In this document: positions 1 to 13,382 of the stretch, one piece after another
How the letters are laid out: each line of letters starts with the position of its first letter
Position numbering within the stretch: position 1 is the stretch's first letter
Assembly: GCA_965235115.1 (NCBI GenBank)
Contig: OZ249436.1
Location: forward strand, 6,140,001 to 6,204,000
From: Laetmonice hystrix
Lineage: Eukaryota
DNA length: 64,000 nucleotides
Direction: 5' to 3'
Position numbers and translations under genes: made by a program
Notes under the pieces: model-generated
The model's database searches: none
The model's input: only the letters and a program-made list of their open reading frames with translations
What the model was told of the DNA's origin: nothing

Positions 1-1005
1 TAGTTTGATTCATTCCCTGTCTGATTAAAAGTGATTTTATCTTTACAGATTCAATGAACGCAGGATGGGTTTCAGGGGCGGATCTAGGATTTTGTCGAGG
101 GGCACTTAACCTCCCTTTGACAAAATTGGTGGGCACGCCCACTCTGGACCAGCACTTTTTAAGGGCGCAATCTTTGCCATAGACAAGAAGAAAATAGATA
201 AATGAAATAAACAAAAATAAAAGAACTTGAAGGGGGTGTTAACCCCCTGGGTTTACCGCCGTACACAGGGACCAACCCCTCGCCATCCCGTGCACCCAAC
301 TTTGTATATACTACTGACACGTGATATGTGGCGCCTCTGCAGACCACAGCGCCGTCTGTCGGTGGCAGAGCGTCGTCACTGGTGATAAAGTGAGCCGGCC
401 TGCTGTCTGCGCCACTCGATCAGACCCTGCAGCCAGCACCACCCGCCACCGCCACCGCCACCGCCACCGCTCGCCGCCAGTCGTCCCGATACGCCAGGCC
501 TGGCGACACGTGGGCATCCTCTCCCTTATTATCGCTAATGTTCCTCTCGTCCGACTGTCAGCCGTGAGACACTTTGATCCAAACAGCCGTGGGATGAGGC
601 ATTGGAAGATCACATTTTCAATGGCACCCTTCATTAGACCTGTTATGTATCATTAGTTTAAAGTGTCGACTCTTTTAAAGGCACTTACGCCAACGGCGTG
701 GGAGAATGTGATGAAAGTTTGGAAATGCCCATGACGGCATGAGTATGACAGACCAAGAGAATGATAGGCGAGAGGTCTAATGTAGCCCACTGAGGATCAG
801 TTAACACCTAAAATTACACTAGAAATATAACAAGTTCATATGAATACAGTGGGTGATGTTAAACCAAGGAAAAATAAAATAGGGGCAAAACTTAGAAAAT
901 ATTATGGATTCACCAACCCGTGCCAAAACTGGGCCTATGTCCTGGTAAAGTTACAGACGAGGAGAGACGAAGATGAAGATGCCTGATACAAACTACCAAC
1001 TGCAC

Positions 1006-1437
1006 CTACTACTAACACCTACCAACAACAGTTCACGGGGCTGTTACTATACTAACACCTACTAACAACAGTTCACGGGAGCCGTTACTACTAACACCTA
1101 CTAACAACAGTTCACGGGGGCTGTTACTATACTAACACCTACTAACAACAGTTCACGAGAGCCGTTACTAACACCTACTACAACAGTTCACGGGAGCCGT
1201 TACTACTAACACCTACTAACAACAGTTCACGGGAGCCCTTACTACTAACACCTACTAACAACAGTTCACGGGAGCCCTTACTACTAACACCTACTAACAA
1301 CAGTTCACGGGGGCCGTTACTACTAACACCTACTAACAACAGTTCACGGGAGCCGTTACTACTAACACCTACTAACAACAGTTCACGGGAGCCGTTACTA
1401 CTAACACCTACTAACAACAGTTCACGAGAGCCGTTAC
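1006..1437. repeat. 39-bp minisatellite, ~11 copies
   Basis: Unit CTACTAACACCTACTAACAACAGTTCACGGGAGCCGTTA. Confidence 0.95.
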
Positions 1438-2802
1438 ATTTGCCACAATAAAGAGATGATTCTGCTGACAGCCTCATACTGTTGGATAATGACTTTGATA
1501 ATGTAAGAGTACCGAGGTACAGGAAGGGGAGGACTGCTTGCCGTATGGCATTCACTCTAGTTAGAGGGGAGCGGGAAGGAACACGGCGTACGTGACTATT
1601 TAATGGGTTTCAGAGCAAGATCGAAGCACGTTTATTAAGCACCCTCCTGGGCGTCGGGTTAATAGCGTATGAGGGTGCGGCAGTGTCGGTTGGACTAATC
1701 GTAATGGGTCTCTAGATTGCTGTAATTTACAATGTGTACATTTAGACGGCGGCAGACCTCAAATTGTGCTTGGATTGCTGGGGAGACGTTGGCCTACTCG
1801 TTATTAGCTTGGTGGGGGTGAGAGTCGGGGTTGGGGGTACGAGTAGGGGTGGGGTGGGACGGAACGCCATGGGATCCATGGGAACCCCGTATGTGTCAGC
1901 TTTAAGTGATGGGTGAGCATCGCCCCTCATCACTCGTTCTGCCTTTCCACCCAAACCCCATTTACATGTTAATAATTGGTCGACATACCCCTGCGCAGAT
2001 GTATTAATTTTTCTTATCTGACCCCGGAGTGCCATAGCATGGCCTTCGTTCGCCCCCTCGACCGCTCCTACTGCCCTCTGGCGACCAGCTATTTGTCAGC
2101 GCCGGCGTGTTATAAACCACCACTATCGGCAGAGACGCTCCGACATAATCTGGTGCAGAGTCATCATTAAAATGATTCATTGCTCGCGCTGCGTCCACAG
2201 GCACCGTACCCTGCCATCTTGGCGGTGTCCGTTACGCTGGGTCTAATGGTACCCACACGGATACACGCTCCACCCAGTCCTCCCCGGGAAGCTCCCTCCA
2301 TCCCGTCCTTCAGTTCTCCCTGGACCCACTTCCTCCTACCTCCAGTCCTGGTCGGATTTAGACCTGAGCCTGTTTCGCGCCTCTCATATTCCCCCGGCGG
2401 TGATCAGACCAAGCTGATGGCGTGAGGGATGGCCCCTATTGGAGGCAGAAACGGATCGGTCGGGGTAAATAAACATATGAGGGACTTATCATTTCTGAAA
2501 GTTGTCTTCATCAACTGGCGTCTGACTAATCCCCGTGCTCGCCAGCCATTCAAGACATGCGTCAAACTCGGAGCACTTTGAAGATGAGCAAGTATACATC
2601 AGCATCACATTGTGCAAAGTACCTCATGTGACTTTGAACAATACCCCCAAAATAGACACATACACTAGTTTATGAGCGAACGGACCTGACTGACACGTCA
2701 CTGTCCCCAAGTTATAGAAGCTCTTTACATGTCCAAGATATTATAACCTGTGAGGCTGTGGGATTACAGACCGTAGACCGTCCTAATTATTGACCTCGGC
2801 CA

Positions 2803-2804
<2 letters not shown>

Positions 2805-2858
<54 letters not shown>
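2805..2858. repeat. (CAG)18 microsatellite
   Basis: Perfect trinucleotide run. Confidence 0.95.
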
Positions 2859-2859
<1 letters not shown>

Positions 2860-3331
2860 TACCCTATTTCTGCAGTGTCCAGCTCGGCGGCCAGACACGT
2901 GTATGGCCATACCTCCCGACTGTCTGACCGCCGTCACTTGCCGCCTTCAGTGAGGGGAGGGGCCGGGCCCGACACCACTCGACATACCGCTCTTATCGAC
3001 ACCGGTCAGTGAGGGGAGGTGTGGGCACCGCCCAGCGTCAGGTCGCCGGCCTGATACCCACCGATATACTGACCCCGGCACGTGGTCTCCTCACTGACCA
3101 TTGGTCAGCAGAGTGCGGTGTGGTGAGGGCCGCACGGGGCGGGGCTGAGGGAGGAGTGACCAACCCGGGGACGTCCCGCACGGCGACGATAGTGACTGAC
3201 CGGTCAGTCCCACCGCCAGTGTGGGTGGACGGCGAGTATGGCGTGGGTGTGTGTATCTATATGTATTACGCATATCCTAACTATGTATGTAAGTATATTG
3301 TAAGTATAAGTAATCACGAAAACCTATTTCT

Positions 3332-3972
3332 GGCTGAGATGAGACGTATATATAAAGTCGGTTGTTAAGGTGGCAGATAAAGGCTGAGATGAGGAGAAGT
3401 ATATAAAGTCGGTTGTTAAGGTGGTAGATAAAGGCTGAGATGAGGAGAAGTATATAAAGTCGGTTGTTAAGGTGGTAGATAAAGGCTGAGATGAGGAGAA
3501 GTATATAAAGTCGGTTGTTAAGGTGGTAGATAAAGGCTAAGATGAGAAGTATATAAAGTCGGTTGTTAAGGTGGTAGATAAAGGCTGATATGAGAAGTAT
3601 ATAAAGTCGGTTGTTAAGGTGGTAGATAAAGGCTGAGATTAGAAGTATATAAAGTCGGTTGTTAAGGTGGTAGATAAAGGCTGAGATGAGGAGAAGTATA
3701 TAAAGTCGGTTGTTACGGTGGCAGATAAAGGCTGAGATGAGGAGAAGTATATAAAGTCGGTTGTTACGGTGGCAGATAAAGGCTGAGATGAGAAGAAGTA
3801 TATAAAGTCGGTTGTTAAGGTGGTAGATAAAGGCTGAGATGAGGAGAAGTATATAAAGTCGGGTGTTAAGGTGGTAGATAAAGGCTGAGATGAGAAGTAT
3901 ATAAAGTCGGGTGTTAAGGTGGTAGATAAAGGCTGAGATGAGGAGACGTACATATAAAGGCTGAGATGAGAG
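3332..3972. repeat. 48/51-bp minisatellite, ~12 copies
   Basis: Unit GTATATAAAGTCGGTTGTTAAGGTGGTAGATAAAGGCTGAGATGAGGAGAA. Confidence 0.95.
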
Positions 3973-4326
3973 GTAATGGATGGGTCGGGTTTGATGGATG
4001 GAGCCTGGAGAGATGTTAACTGGTCTCACATTCTGTGTGCCTGCATGTAGAAAACGCCAAACCCCAGCGATCCGGGTGATAAATGGCTGCCGTGACGACA
4101 ATTAATGTTTCCCTGATGATTATTCAATCTCTCATTTTGATCAAACAAAGGGGTTGGTGAGAGATGACAGCGCGGCCACATCTCTATAGCGGGATGGGTC
4201 ATTAGAGACTATAGGGAGAGGCGTTTAACTGATATATGAATTTACGCTCCGACTCGGCCGGCGCCATGGTCGGAAGATTAATCGGCCTCGGTGGCCGAGG
4301 ACCGCGGCCGGTGGAGGCTGTCGACC

Positions 4327-4401
4327 GGCGGGAGACGGCGGGAGACGGCGGGCGGCGGGCGGCGGGCGGCGGGCGGCGGGCGGCGGGAGACGGCGGGCGG
4401 C
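4327..4401. repeat. GC-rich GGCGGGC / GGCGGGAGAC repeat
   Basis: Tandem 7- and 10-bp units. Confidence 0.9.
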
Positions 4402-5568
4402 CATAGCTCCTGTCTACCGCCGCCCATTGTTTCCCGGCGTTATTAGCAGTGTTGGCGGTGGCTTTCCTCGTGAGCTATGAGGTCACGATTGGCTCGGGAT
4501 GAACTGATGTTGGCGGCCGGCCTAAATGGCCTAATTAACAAATAGACCGGGGGAGTCAAATTGGCCACGCCTTCTTGTCGGTTGAAGACACTTTGTATAC
4601 TCGTAACGAACGGAAGGACGAGTTCTGTCGCGCTCAATAAAATTTCATATTTTGTTTACCACAATGTATTAAGATGGCAAGGTTAGAGGGATGAAATTAA
4701 GATACAGGGAAAACTGTAAAAACTAAGATACAGTAAAAACTTGCTTAAGCTTAGGCTTGAGCAAGATCTTAAGTTTTTCTTCCATACAGAAACTATTAGA
4801 CGTATAGTATCATTCTGTCCACTCATCAGTCCATCCACTCGTCCGTCCGTTCATCAATCTGTCCACTCATCAGTTCATCCATCCACTCGTCCGGGGAGGG
4901 GGCAGGGTTCTGCACGACCGGTCAAGTTTGCAGGACGAATTGTGGCATTAAGGAGTCGCCAAGCTGGCTGATGGCGTGAAACGTTAGGATGAGACGCTCG
5001 ACGGGAGATGGTCAGGACAAACATCTCCATGGAGAGTTACAAACAGTTAGCGACGGCAAGCGAATGATCTTATTATAATAGGTAATGAAGATTTAAACAA
5101 TGAAGCAAAACCAGTAGCTGTAGTTTGATTTCTTCAGAAATAATGGGTGGCTTTGTGTATCCACAGGGTCTATAGACGTCCCCCACTGTAGAGGGGGCGG
5201 TGCGCCCGACAGACATGTTGCAATACTCCTTGCCTGGATGTAATTTGTAATGTATCGTACATTCTTCACCTCTCCCCTCAGACCACATCAATCTTACGTT
5301 TTAAACTACAAGATGTCACATTGGGAAATCCCTGATACCAATCTGACAGAGGAGAAATTGATTCTGGTTTAGTAAAATTGATATTTAACACAAACCAGTG
5401 GCATGTTTGGTATTACTCGTGTCCTGTTTGCCACGGCTCCTGTGCCATGTGGTTGATGTAGACAGTAATTGGTATCGAGTAGTCGAGGGGGATTTCAGTT
5501 GGAAAAACGGCGAATTTGAGTGGTTTCAGGTCTTTGAGCGGAGAGACCTCCATCTTCGATCACTGTCC

Positions 5569-6972
5569 CCTACTCATTACAGGCGGGGGGACTATCACCT
5601 ACTCATTACAGGCGGGGGGGGACTATAACCTACTCATTACAGGCGGGGGACTATCACCTACTCATTACAGGCAGGGGGACTATCACCTACTCATTACAGG
5701 CGGGGGCGGGGAGACTATCACCTACTCATTACAGGAGTGGGGACTATCACCTACTCATTACAGGCGGGGGACTATCACCTACTCATTACAGGCGGGGGAC
5801 TATCACCTACTCATTACAGGCAGGGGGACTATATCACCTACTCATTACAGGCGGGGGGACTATCACCTACTCATTACAGGCGGGGGGCTACACCTACTCA
5901 TTACAGGCAGGGGGACTATCACCTACTCATTACAGGCAGGGGGACTATCACCTACTCATTACAGGCAGGGGGACTATCACCTACTCATTACAGGCAGGGG
6001 GCTATCACCTACTCATTACAGGCAGGGGGACTATCACCTACTCATTACAGGCGGGGGACTACCACCTACTCATTACAGGCGGGGGGGGGGACTATCACCT
6101 ATGCCAGTGCCAGGATTACCTTAACAGTCAATGTTCGGTAGAAATCATGTGTAGCTCTAACTAGGAAAATATGGATTCCGTCTCATTTCAAAAAGATGTG
6201 TGTAGGGGGGAGGGTCCATTGTCCTGCTCGACCACCAAAGCTTCTTTTTTAGGGGAGTGGCGGTGGCCTAGTGGGCATGGATGTCGACACCTTATGCTAT
6301 GCGAATGGGTGCAGTAATCTTAGGGTCTGGGTTCGATTCCTGTAGAGGACTATACAACTTTTCTCTTTAGGGACATTGTCAAAGTAATTGGGTTACCCCT
6401 GATGCCCGTGCATTTCAAAAGAAAAATACAGGCAGGGGGCTATCACCTACTCATTACAGGCAGGGGGACTATCACCTACTCATTACAGGCGGGGGACTAT
6501 CACCTACTCATTACAGGCGGGGGGGGGGGACTATCACCTATACTCATTACAGGAGGGGGGGACTATCACCTACCCATTACAGGCGGGGGGAGAGACTATC
6601 ACCTACTCATTACAGGCGGGGGGGGGACTATCACCTATCCATTACAGGCGGGGGGACTATCACCTACTCATTACAGGCGGGGGGACTATCACCTACTCAT
6701 TACAGTCAGGGGGACTATCACCTACTAATTACAGGCGGGGGGACTATCACCTACTCATTACAGGCGCGGGGGACTATACTCATTACAAGCGGGGGGGGGG
6801 GCTACCACCTACTCATTGCAGGCGGAGGGGGGACTATCACCTACTCATTACGGGGGGGGGGCTGCCACCTACTCATTACAAGCGGGGGGGGGGGCTACCA
6901 CCTACTCATTACAGGCGGGGGGGGGGCTATCACCTACTCATTACAGTCGGGGGGGGGGACTATCACCTACTC
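5569..6972. repeat. ~29-bp minisatellite in two blocks (5569-6101 and 6427-6972) split by ~325 bp of other DNA
   Basis: Unit ACTATCACCTACTCATTACAGGC followed by a G-run of variable length. Confidence 0.95.
6253..6426 (+). mobile_element. tRNA-derived SINE-like element between two halves of a minisatellite
   Basis: Pol III A box TGGCCTAGTGG (6264-6274), B box GGTTCGATTCC (6330-6340) and an A-rich tail CAAAAGAAAAA. No cloverleaf acceptor stem. Confidence 0.6.
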
Positions 6973-8710
6973 CTGGCGGGATGGGATGTGAGGACAGCAG
7001 GTATGATGGTGTATGGTGAAGGTGAGGGTGGGGTTTAGAGGGTGGTTAGATATAGGTCTGACAGACCTGACCGTAATGTTTATGTGTACTGTATGACCAC
7101 ACTGCAGATCAAGTTTATTCACACACACAGACTATATTCCTATATTTAATCCGAACTCAATCACCAATTTAACAGGGCCATAATGTTCGAGGTCTGACTG
7201 ACAGTTCCCAGACCTGCAGGCGGAAACCTCAACTAATGCGAACAGCCCGTAGATAATAAGTCGGTAAAAATAAAGTACTGGGGTCAGTTTGCCGGAAAAT
7301 ACAAACTGTGAAGGGGGAGCGGTTGGTGCCAAAGAGGAAAAATATTGACTTTTTTTTCAAAGGCTCGATGGCGACCGGGGCGCTGGTTCGTCACAGTTAG
7401 AGAGTTCTTGAGTGACGGTTTTTGAAAGAGATTACCGTTCAAGTTGAGGCTGTGTTTGTGAGACGGTTGTGTTGGCGGGATGGGTATGGGCGGGGGTGAG
7501 GCTAGGGTCCCTAGGTAAGGTTACACATCCCAGCGTATATCATGTCGGTGGGCGAGGGCCAATTTGTGTCTATGTCTGCGGCTGACAGGGAGCAAGGTGT
7601 GCGCGGTGGAGGGGAGGTGATGGATCGAGTCCGGGTCCGGAGCCCTGATTGCTAGCCCAAACAGATGGGTAGCGGGTTAATGGGCACACAAGCCGGTCCG
7701 GGCGGCCCCCTTGGCCCCTTGCACCTCCATCATACCACGTCTGCGTACATCCCGACGCCGGCCCCACTGCCGGGGTCGCCAGAGGGTCCTGCTGTAGCTG
7801 GGACGCACCAGTGGACGGCAGGAGACCGGGAAGTGGCCTATGATAGCGGACTGGAGTAAGAAACCCATGCCTGCGGGTCGTGCTCACTGACCTATGATAA
7901 ACATTTATCATCCACGATACACTTTTATAACGATGTTCATTCCCCGGAGGTTATACTGACCACAGCCCCGGGACAAACTCCACCCCCATCCCCCCCCACC
8001 CCTGGCCCGAACCAACCCCCTGACCAGTCCTTTCCAGGAGCCCACCAGACATGGCAATAATACCAGCAAACACTAACCGTGGTGTTGTGTTTTAAGAAGC
8101 AACGGGCAAGTGAAATCAACAAAGATCAAATTTTACGGAGTCAACATGGAATCTGCCAGTCAAGATCTGGAAGGACCCACTCACCGTTATTGTGTGTAGA
8201 GATAATATGTGACACGACCCCTTCCTAGGCCATACAGTATGTCCCCCCAAAAATGATGGTCTGTGTTCCGTTGTCAAAAAGAGATATTGGGTGTGATCAG
8301 TAATGCGTGACCCTGTCAACACCAAACTTGCTGAGAGTTATCTAGGGGGATCAAAGTGTGTTAACAGCAATTATTTTGTGTCTATGTAATACAGGTACAA
8401 TCAAATCATCAAATCCTGGATCCCCCACTGAAATGCAATGACAACCTTTAGTTGTTATGTTCTACATTAAACTCTACTCGAGATATTCGCAATAGAATGA
8501 ATAAAAAGGTATACGTCCGGATGCCACCAGTGACCCCCCCCCCCTCCATGGAACGTTTCTGGAGTGCTATGGAGGACGCCAGTTGGCGCCAAAGTAAACA
8601 CCTAATGCCGGCGGTGAGCGGGGTCAGTCAAACATGGCGCTAACAATAGCTTGATGGTGCCATGACAAGTAGTCATTGCGGCTTGTCGTGGGGAGGACAC
8701 GCCGTCTGTC

Positions 8711-9103
8711 CACTGATGGCGGGGGACTGCACCCCCCGGGCCGGGTGGCGGTCACTGATGACGGGGGACCCCTCCCCAGGCCGGGTGGCGGTCACTGATG
8801 ACGGGGGACTCCCCCCTCCCCGGGCCGGGTGGCGGTCCCTGATGACGGGGGACTCCCCCCGGGTCGGGTGGCGGTCACTGATGACGGGGGACTCCCCCTC
8901 CCCGGGCCGGGTGGCGGTCACTGATGACGGGGGATTCCCCCCGGGCCGGGTGGCGGTCACTGATGACGGGGGACTTCTCCCCGGGCCGGGTGGCGGTCAC
9001 TGATGACGGGGGACTCCCACCCGGGCCGGGTGGCAGTCACAGATGACGGGCCCCCCGGGGCCGGGTGGCGGTCACTGATGACGGGGGGGGGGGGGGGGGG
9101 GGG
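8711..9103. repeat. ~38-41-bp GC-rich minisatellite, ~9 copies
   Basis: Unit CCGGGCCGGGTGGCGGTCACTGATGACGGGGGACTCCCC, ending in a poly-G run. Confidence 0.93.
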
Positions 9104-9129
9104 TACCTGCTGAGTTGCGCTGATGACCT

Positions 9130-9279
9130 GGCGCCGGTTTCAAGAAAATGGTTAAGATGAATTTGATTTAACCAATCAAGAAACAGAGAATTAACCAAGC
9201 TTGGTTAAAGTCAGAGTTAACCACGATTTTGACCAACTCTTATAGTTAACTTATAACCACTTTCTTAAAAACCGGGGCC
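9130..9279. mobile_element. ~150-bp MITE, possibly PIF/Harbinger type
   Basis: Inverted ends GGCGCCGGTTTCAAGAAAATGGTTA ... TAACCACTTTCTTAAAAACCGGGGCC. The AT-rich interior has repeated TTAACC/GGTTAA motifs. Confidence 0.6.
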
Positions 9280-10135
9280 TGATGACGGGGGCATGTGTGT
9301 TATACCATTAGTGTGTATCATGGCACTGTGTATGTATGTGTGTTGTTGTGGGTCATCACGTATATCCCCCCCCCCCCCCTCTGAGATGGATCCGAGCTGC
9401 TGCACCGTCTTGTCACGTGATGTCACAAGATGTCCCCAGTCAAAAAAACAACAACAAAAACTGCGGCATGTGCTGGCGGCAGGTTCGTGCCAAGCGGGGC
9501 CGAGGGTCTACTCTTGCTGAGACCGGTGTCACACAACAGTATGTCCATTGACCATTTAGCGCCGTGCACACTTGCAATCCGCCGACATACGTGCTGTAAT
9601 AGTGTCACTCAGATCTTCGTGAACGCGTTCATCATCGACAATAAATGGCACCGACCAAAAATAGTCCCCTGACCACCGACCAAAAATAGTCCCTCGCCCA
9701 GACTGACCTCCGTGCATCGCATACGTTGAGCGAGAATTGGCGAGATGCCTGGCTAAGTGGCCGTCTGTGGCACTAGTGGTGTCTGTCACTGCCTCAAACA
9801 TAAAGCTGTTTCAACAGTGCTGGTCTGACGGGTCAGTTCATGTCCGTTGTTGTCCTGACTAACGTTTGCACTTGTTGCTCGCTACCGTATATATGGAAAC
9901 ATGAATTCCGTGGTACCTTCTAAACGGGGTTAAAATACATGTTAATTACCTCATAATTATGACAATGACTTTAAACTTGCTGGCACTAAAGATACTCTAT
10001 TTAGGAAATCTTTTAAGTGCTAAAGCAATGCTCAATAATCGGGTTCATTTGTTTGGTCTATTACTTTGTGGTTGTGATGAATTAAAGTACTTTAAGACGT
10101 ATTCTATAATTATGTGGAACGACTCAGCAGGATGC

Positions 10136-10376
10136 TTAAAGCAATCATCGCCCGATGAATTCCATTGGCTGTTCAAGTCAATGCTAGGTCAACAACCAGC
10201 CATGAAACGTTCGCTTCATGGCGACAACAGGCAACTGGGATGTTGAATTTCATTAGATTTCTCCATTTCTGTGGATAAACATTTATTCAATTAGTCTATA
10301 CGGTCTTAACAAACTTAACAGCACATGTCTTCATTTTGGAGTCATTCAAATGAGAGATACTCGCTTATTGCTTTAA
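10136..10376. mobile_element. TTAA-flanked MITE (Kolobok-like), related to the element at 24051-24282
   Basis: Ends TTAAAGCAAT...ATTGCTTTAA. The right half (GAATTTCATTAGATTTCTCCATTT...CATGTCTTCATTTTGGAGTCA...) aligns by eye with 24171-24282. Confidence 0.55.
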
Positions 10377-10480
10377 TATATATTTTGCTAAGTCATACGT
10401 TCAATTTCATCTGCGGCTATTGCGACAGAAATTCGGAAGTATTGCATTTAATCCCCCATCCCCACATAATATAAGGGCAG

Positions 10481-10700
10481 GGAGATAACTGTGTACTAAA
10501 GGAGATAACTGTGTACTAAAGGAGATAACTGTGTCCTAAAGGAGATAACTGTGTACTAAAGGAGATAACTGTGTACTAAAGGAGATAACTGTGTACTAAA
10601 GGAGATAACTGTGTACTAAAGGAGATAACTGTGTACTAAAGGAGATAACTGTCTACTAAAGGAGACAACTGTGTACTAAAGGAGATAACTGTGTACTAAA
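10481..10700. repeat. 20-bp minisatellite, 11 copies
   Basis: Unit GGAGATAACTGTGTACTAAA. Confidence 0.97.
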
Positions 10701-11340
10701 GTGATTGGAATCTTGAAAGTTACAGCCACACGATATTGACGTTACCATGAAGGATCAAGTTGAGAGAGACAGGTAACCTTACCTGACCCAAGAACTAGTT
10801 CCACACGAGGACACCACAAACCGACGCCATGAGACTGCCGTGCCGGAGTCTATAAACCTCAAGGATTTGTGGCATAATGAGAAACGAGTGACGTGCAATT
10901 AGATGGCGCCTGTCGTTAAGGCAGGGCTATATACCACAGTAAGTGGTAGAATGATAGCATGTAAAGTCTGTCATGACCATTACCTGAACACTGCACACTG
11001 ACAGCAAACCATTCACGCCGACTTAGCACCACTACATTTCATTTTTGCGCTTTAATTACACGATGGGAGAGGCAGTTATGACGGACTCTATGTGTAAACC
11101 GCTGGTCAAGATGGCCGGGGTGTCGTGGTGGCCAGGTAATAAATCACGCATAATTCACACGGCTTGTTTGGTTTGCAGCCATAAATCATTAAAACTGACC
11201 AGGAATACGTCACGCTACACTGACTCCAAGTCGGCCACAATGGCAGTGTGGGTAACATGTGGAAAGGTGATAAAGATAAACGTCACGGCCCGACACGGAG
11301 ATCACAACAACCCTCGCCAAACATTGCCCGCCCGGCTCAT

Positions 11341-13330
11341 GGCTTCATGAAACCAATCATTGCACACAATCAGTGCCACATTCCCGTCTGGCTTCATGAA
11401 ACCAATCATTGCACAGAATCAGTGCCACATTCCCGTCTGGCTTCATGAAACTAATCATTCCACAGAATCAGTGCCACATTCCCGTCTGGCTTCATGAAAC
11501 CAATCATTGCACAGAATCAGTGCCACATTCCCGTCTGGCTTCATGAAACCAATCATTGCACAGAATCAGTGCCACATTCCCGTCTGATCTCTTCACAATG
11601 CCAAACTTTGTCCGCCCGGCTGGCTTCATGAAACCAATCATTGCACAGAATCAGTGCCACATTCCCGTCTGGCTTCATGAAACCAATCATTCCACAGAAT
11701 CAGTGCCACATTCCCGTCTGATCTCTTCACAATGCCAAACTTTGTCCGCCCGGCTGGCTTCATGAAACCAATCATTGCACAGAATCAGTGCCACATTCCC
11801 GTCTGGCTTCACGAAACCAATCATTGCACAGAATCAGTGCCACATTCCCGTCTGGCTTCATGAAACCAATCATTGCACAGAATCAGTGCCACATTCCCGT
11901 CTGGCTTCATGAAACCAATCATTGCACAGAATCAGTGCCACATCCCCGTCTGGCTTCATGAAACCAATCATTGCACAGAATCAGTGCCACATTCCCGTCT
12001 GATCTCTTCACAATGCCAAACTTTGTCCGCCCGGCTGGCTTCATGAAACCAGTCATTGCACAGAATCAGTGCCACATTCCCGTCTGGCTTCATGAAACCA
12101 ATCATTCCACAGAATCAGTGCCACATTCCCGTCTGATCTCTTCACAATGCCAAACTTTGTCCGCCCGGCTGGCTTCATGAAACCAATCATTGCACAGAAT
12201 CAGTGCCACATTCCCGTCTGGCTTCACGAAACCAATCATTGCACAGAATCAGTGCCACATTCCCGTCTGGCTTCATGAAACCAATCATTGCACAGAATCA
12301 GTGCCACATTCCCGTCTGGCTTCATGAAACCAATCATTGCACAGAATCAGTGCCACATTCCCGTCTGATCTCTTCACAATGCCAAACTTTGTCCGCCCGG
12401 CTGGCTTCATGAAACCAATCATTGCACAGAATCAGTGCCACATTCCCGTCTGGCTTCATGAAACCAATCATTCCACAGAATCAGTGCCACATTCCCGTCT
12501 GATCTCTTCACAATGTCAAACATTGCCACCCGGGTGGCTTCATGAAACCAAACATTGCACACAATCAGTGCCACATTCCCGTCTGGCTTCAGGAAACCAA
12601 TCATTGCACAGAATCAGTGCCACATTCCCGTCTGGCTTCATGAAACCAATCATTGCACAGAATCAGTGCCACATTCCCGTCTGGCTTCGTGAAACCAATC
12701 ATTGCACAGAATCAGTGCCACATTCCCGTCTGGCTTCACGAAACCAATCATTCCACAGAATCAGTACCACATCCCCGTCTGGCTTCATGAAACCAATCAT
12801 TGCACAGAATCACTGCCACATTTCCGTCTGGCTTCATGAAACCAATCATTGCACAGAATCAGTACCACATCCCCGTCTGATCTCTTCACAATGCCAAACT
12901 TTGCCCGCCCAGCTGGCTTCATGAAACCAATCATTGCACAGAATCAGTGCCACATTCCCGTCTGGCTTCGTGAAACCAATCATTGCACAGAATCAGTGCC
13001 ACATTCCCGTCTGGCTTCACGAAACCAATCATTCCACAGAATCAGTACCACATCCCCGTCTGGCTTCATGAAACCAATCATTGCACAGAATCACTGCCAC
13101 ATTTCCGTCTGGCTTCATGAAACCAATCATTGCACAGAATCAGTACCACATCCCCGTCTGATCTCTTCACAATGCCAAACTTTGTCCGCCCGGCTGGCTT
13201 CATGAAACCAATCATTGCACAGAATCAGTGCCACATTCCCGTCTGATCTCTTCACAATGCCAAACTTTGCCCGCCCAGCTGGCTTCATGAAACCAATCAT
13301 TGCACAGAATCAGTGCCACATTCCCGTCTG
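11341..13330. repeat. Composite minisatellite: 49-bp unit with an interspersed 36-bp module
   Basis: A = GGCTTCATGAAACCAATCATTGCACAGAATCAGTGCCACATTCCCGTCT; B = GATCTCTTCACAATGCCAAACTTTGTCCGCCCGGCT. Confidence 0.96.
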
Positions 13331-13382
13331 ATTTCTTCACAACGAGAAGAAATGAGACATGCCACGTGATTTATGACGTATA

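Noticed and set aside
6253..6350. Functional tRNA gene
   Set aside because: A and B boxes are present, but there is no acceptor stem pairing or clean anticodon arm; it fits a SINE head better. tRNAscan-SE would settle it.
8711..9085. Tandem hammerhead ribozymes: CTGATGA followed by a GGGGG-ACT-CCCCC hairpin in each unit
   Set aside because: The obligatory GAAA after stem II is absent and I could not build stems I and III. CTGATGA at 4822-4875 (minus) and CTGACGA at ~49965 fail for the same reason.
11341..13330. CRISPR-like repeat/spacer appearance (also 56758-57528 and 60531-61562)
   Set aside because: The interspersed modules are constant and flank-derived rather than unique spacers. There are no cas genes and the context is eukaryotic.
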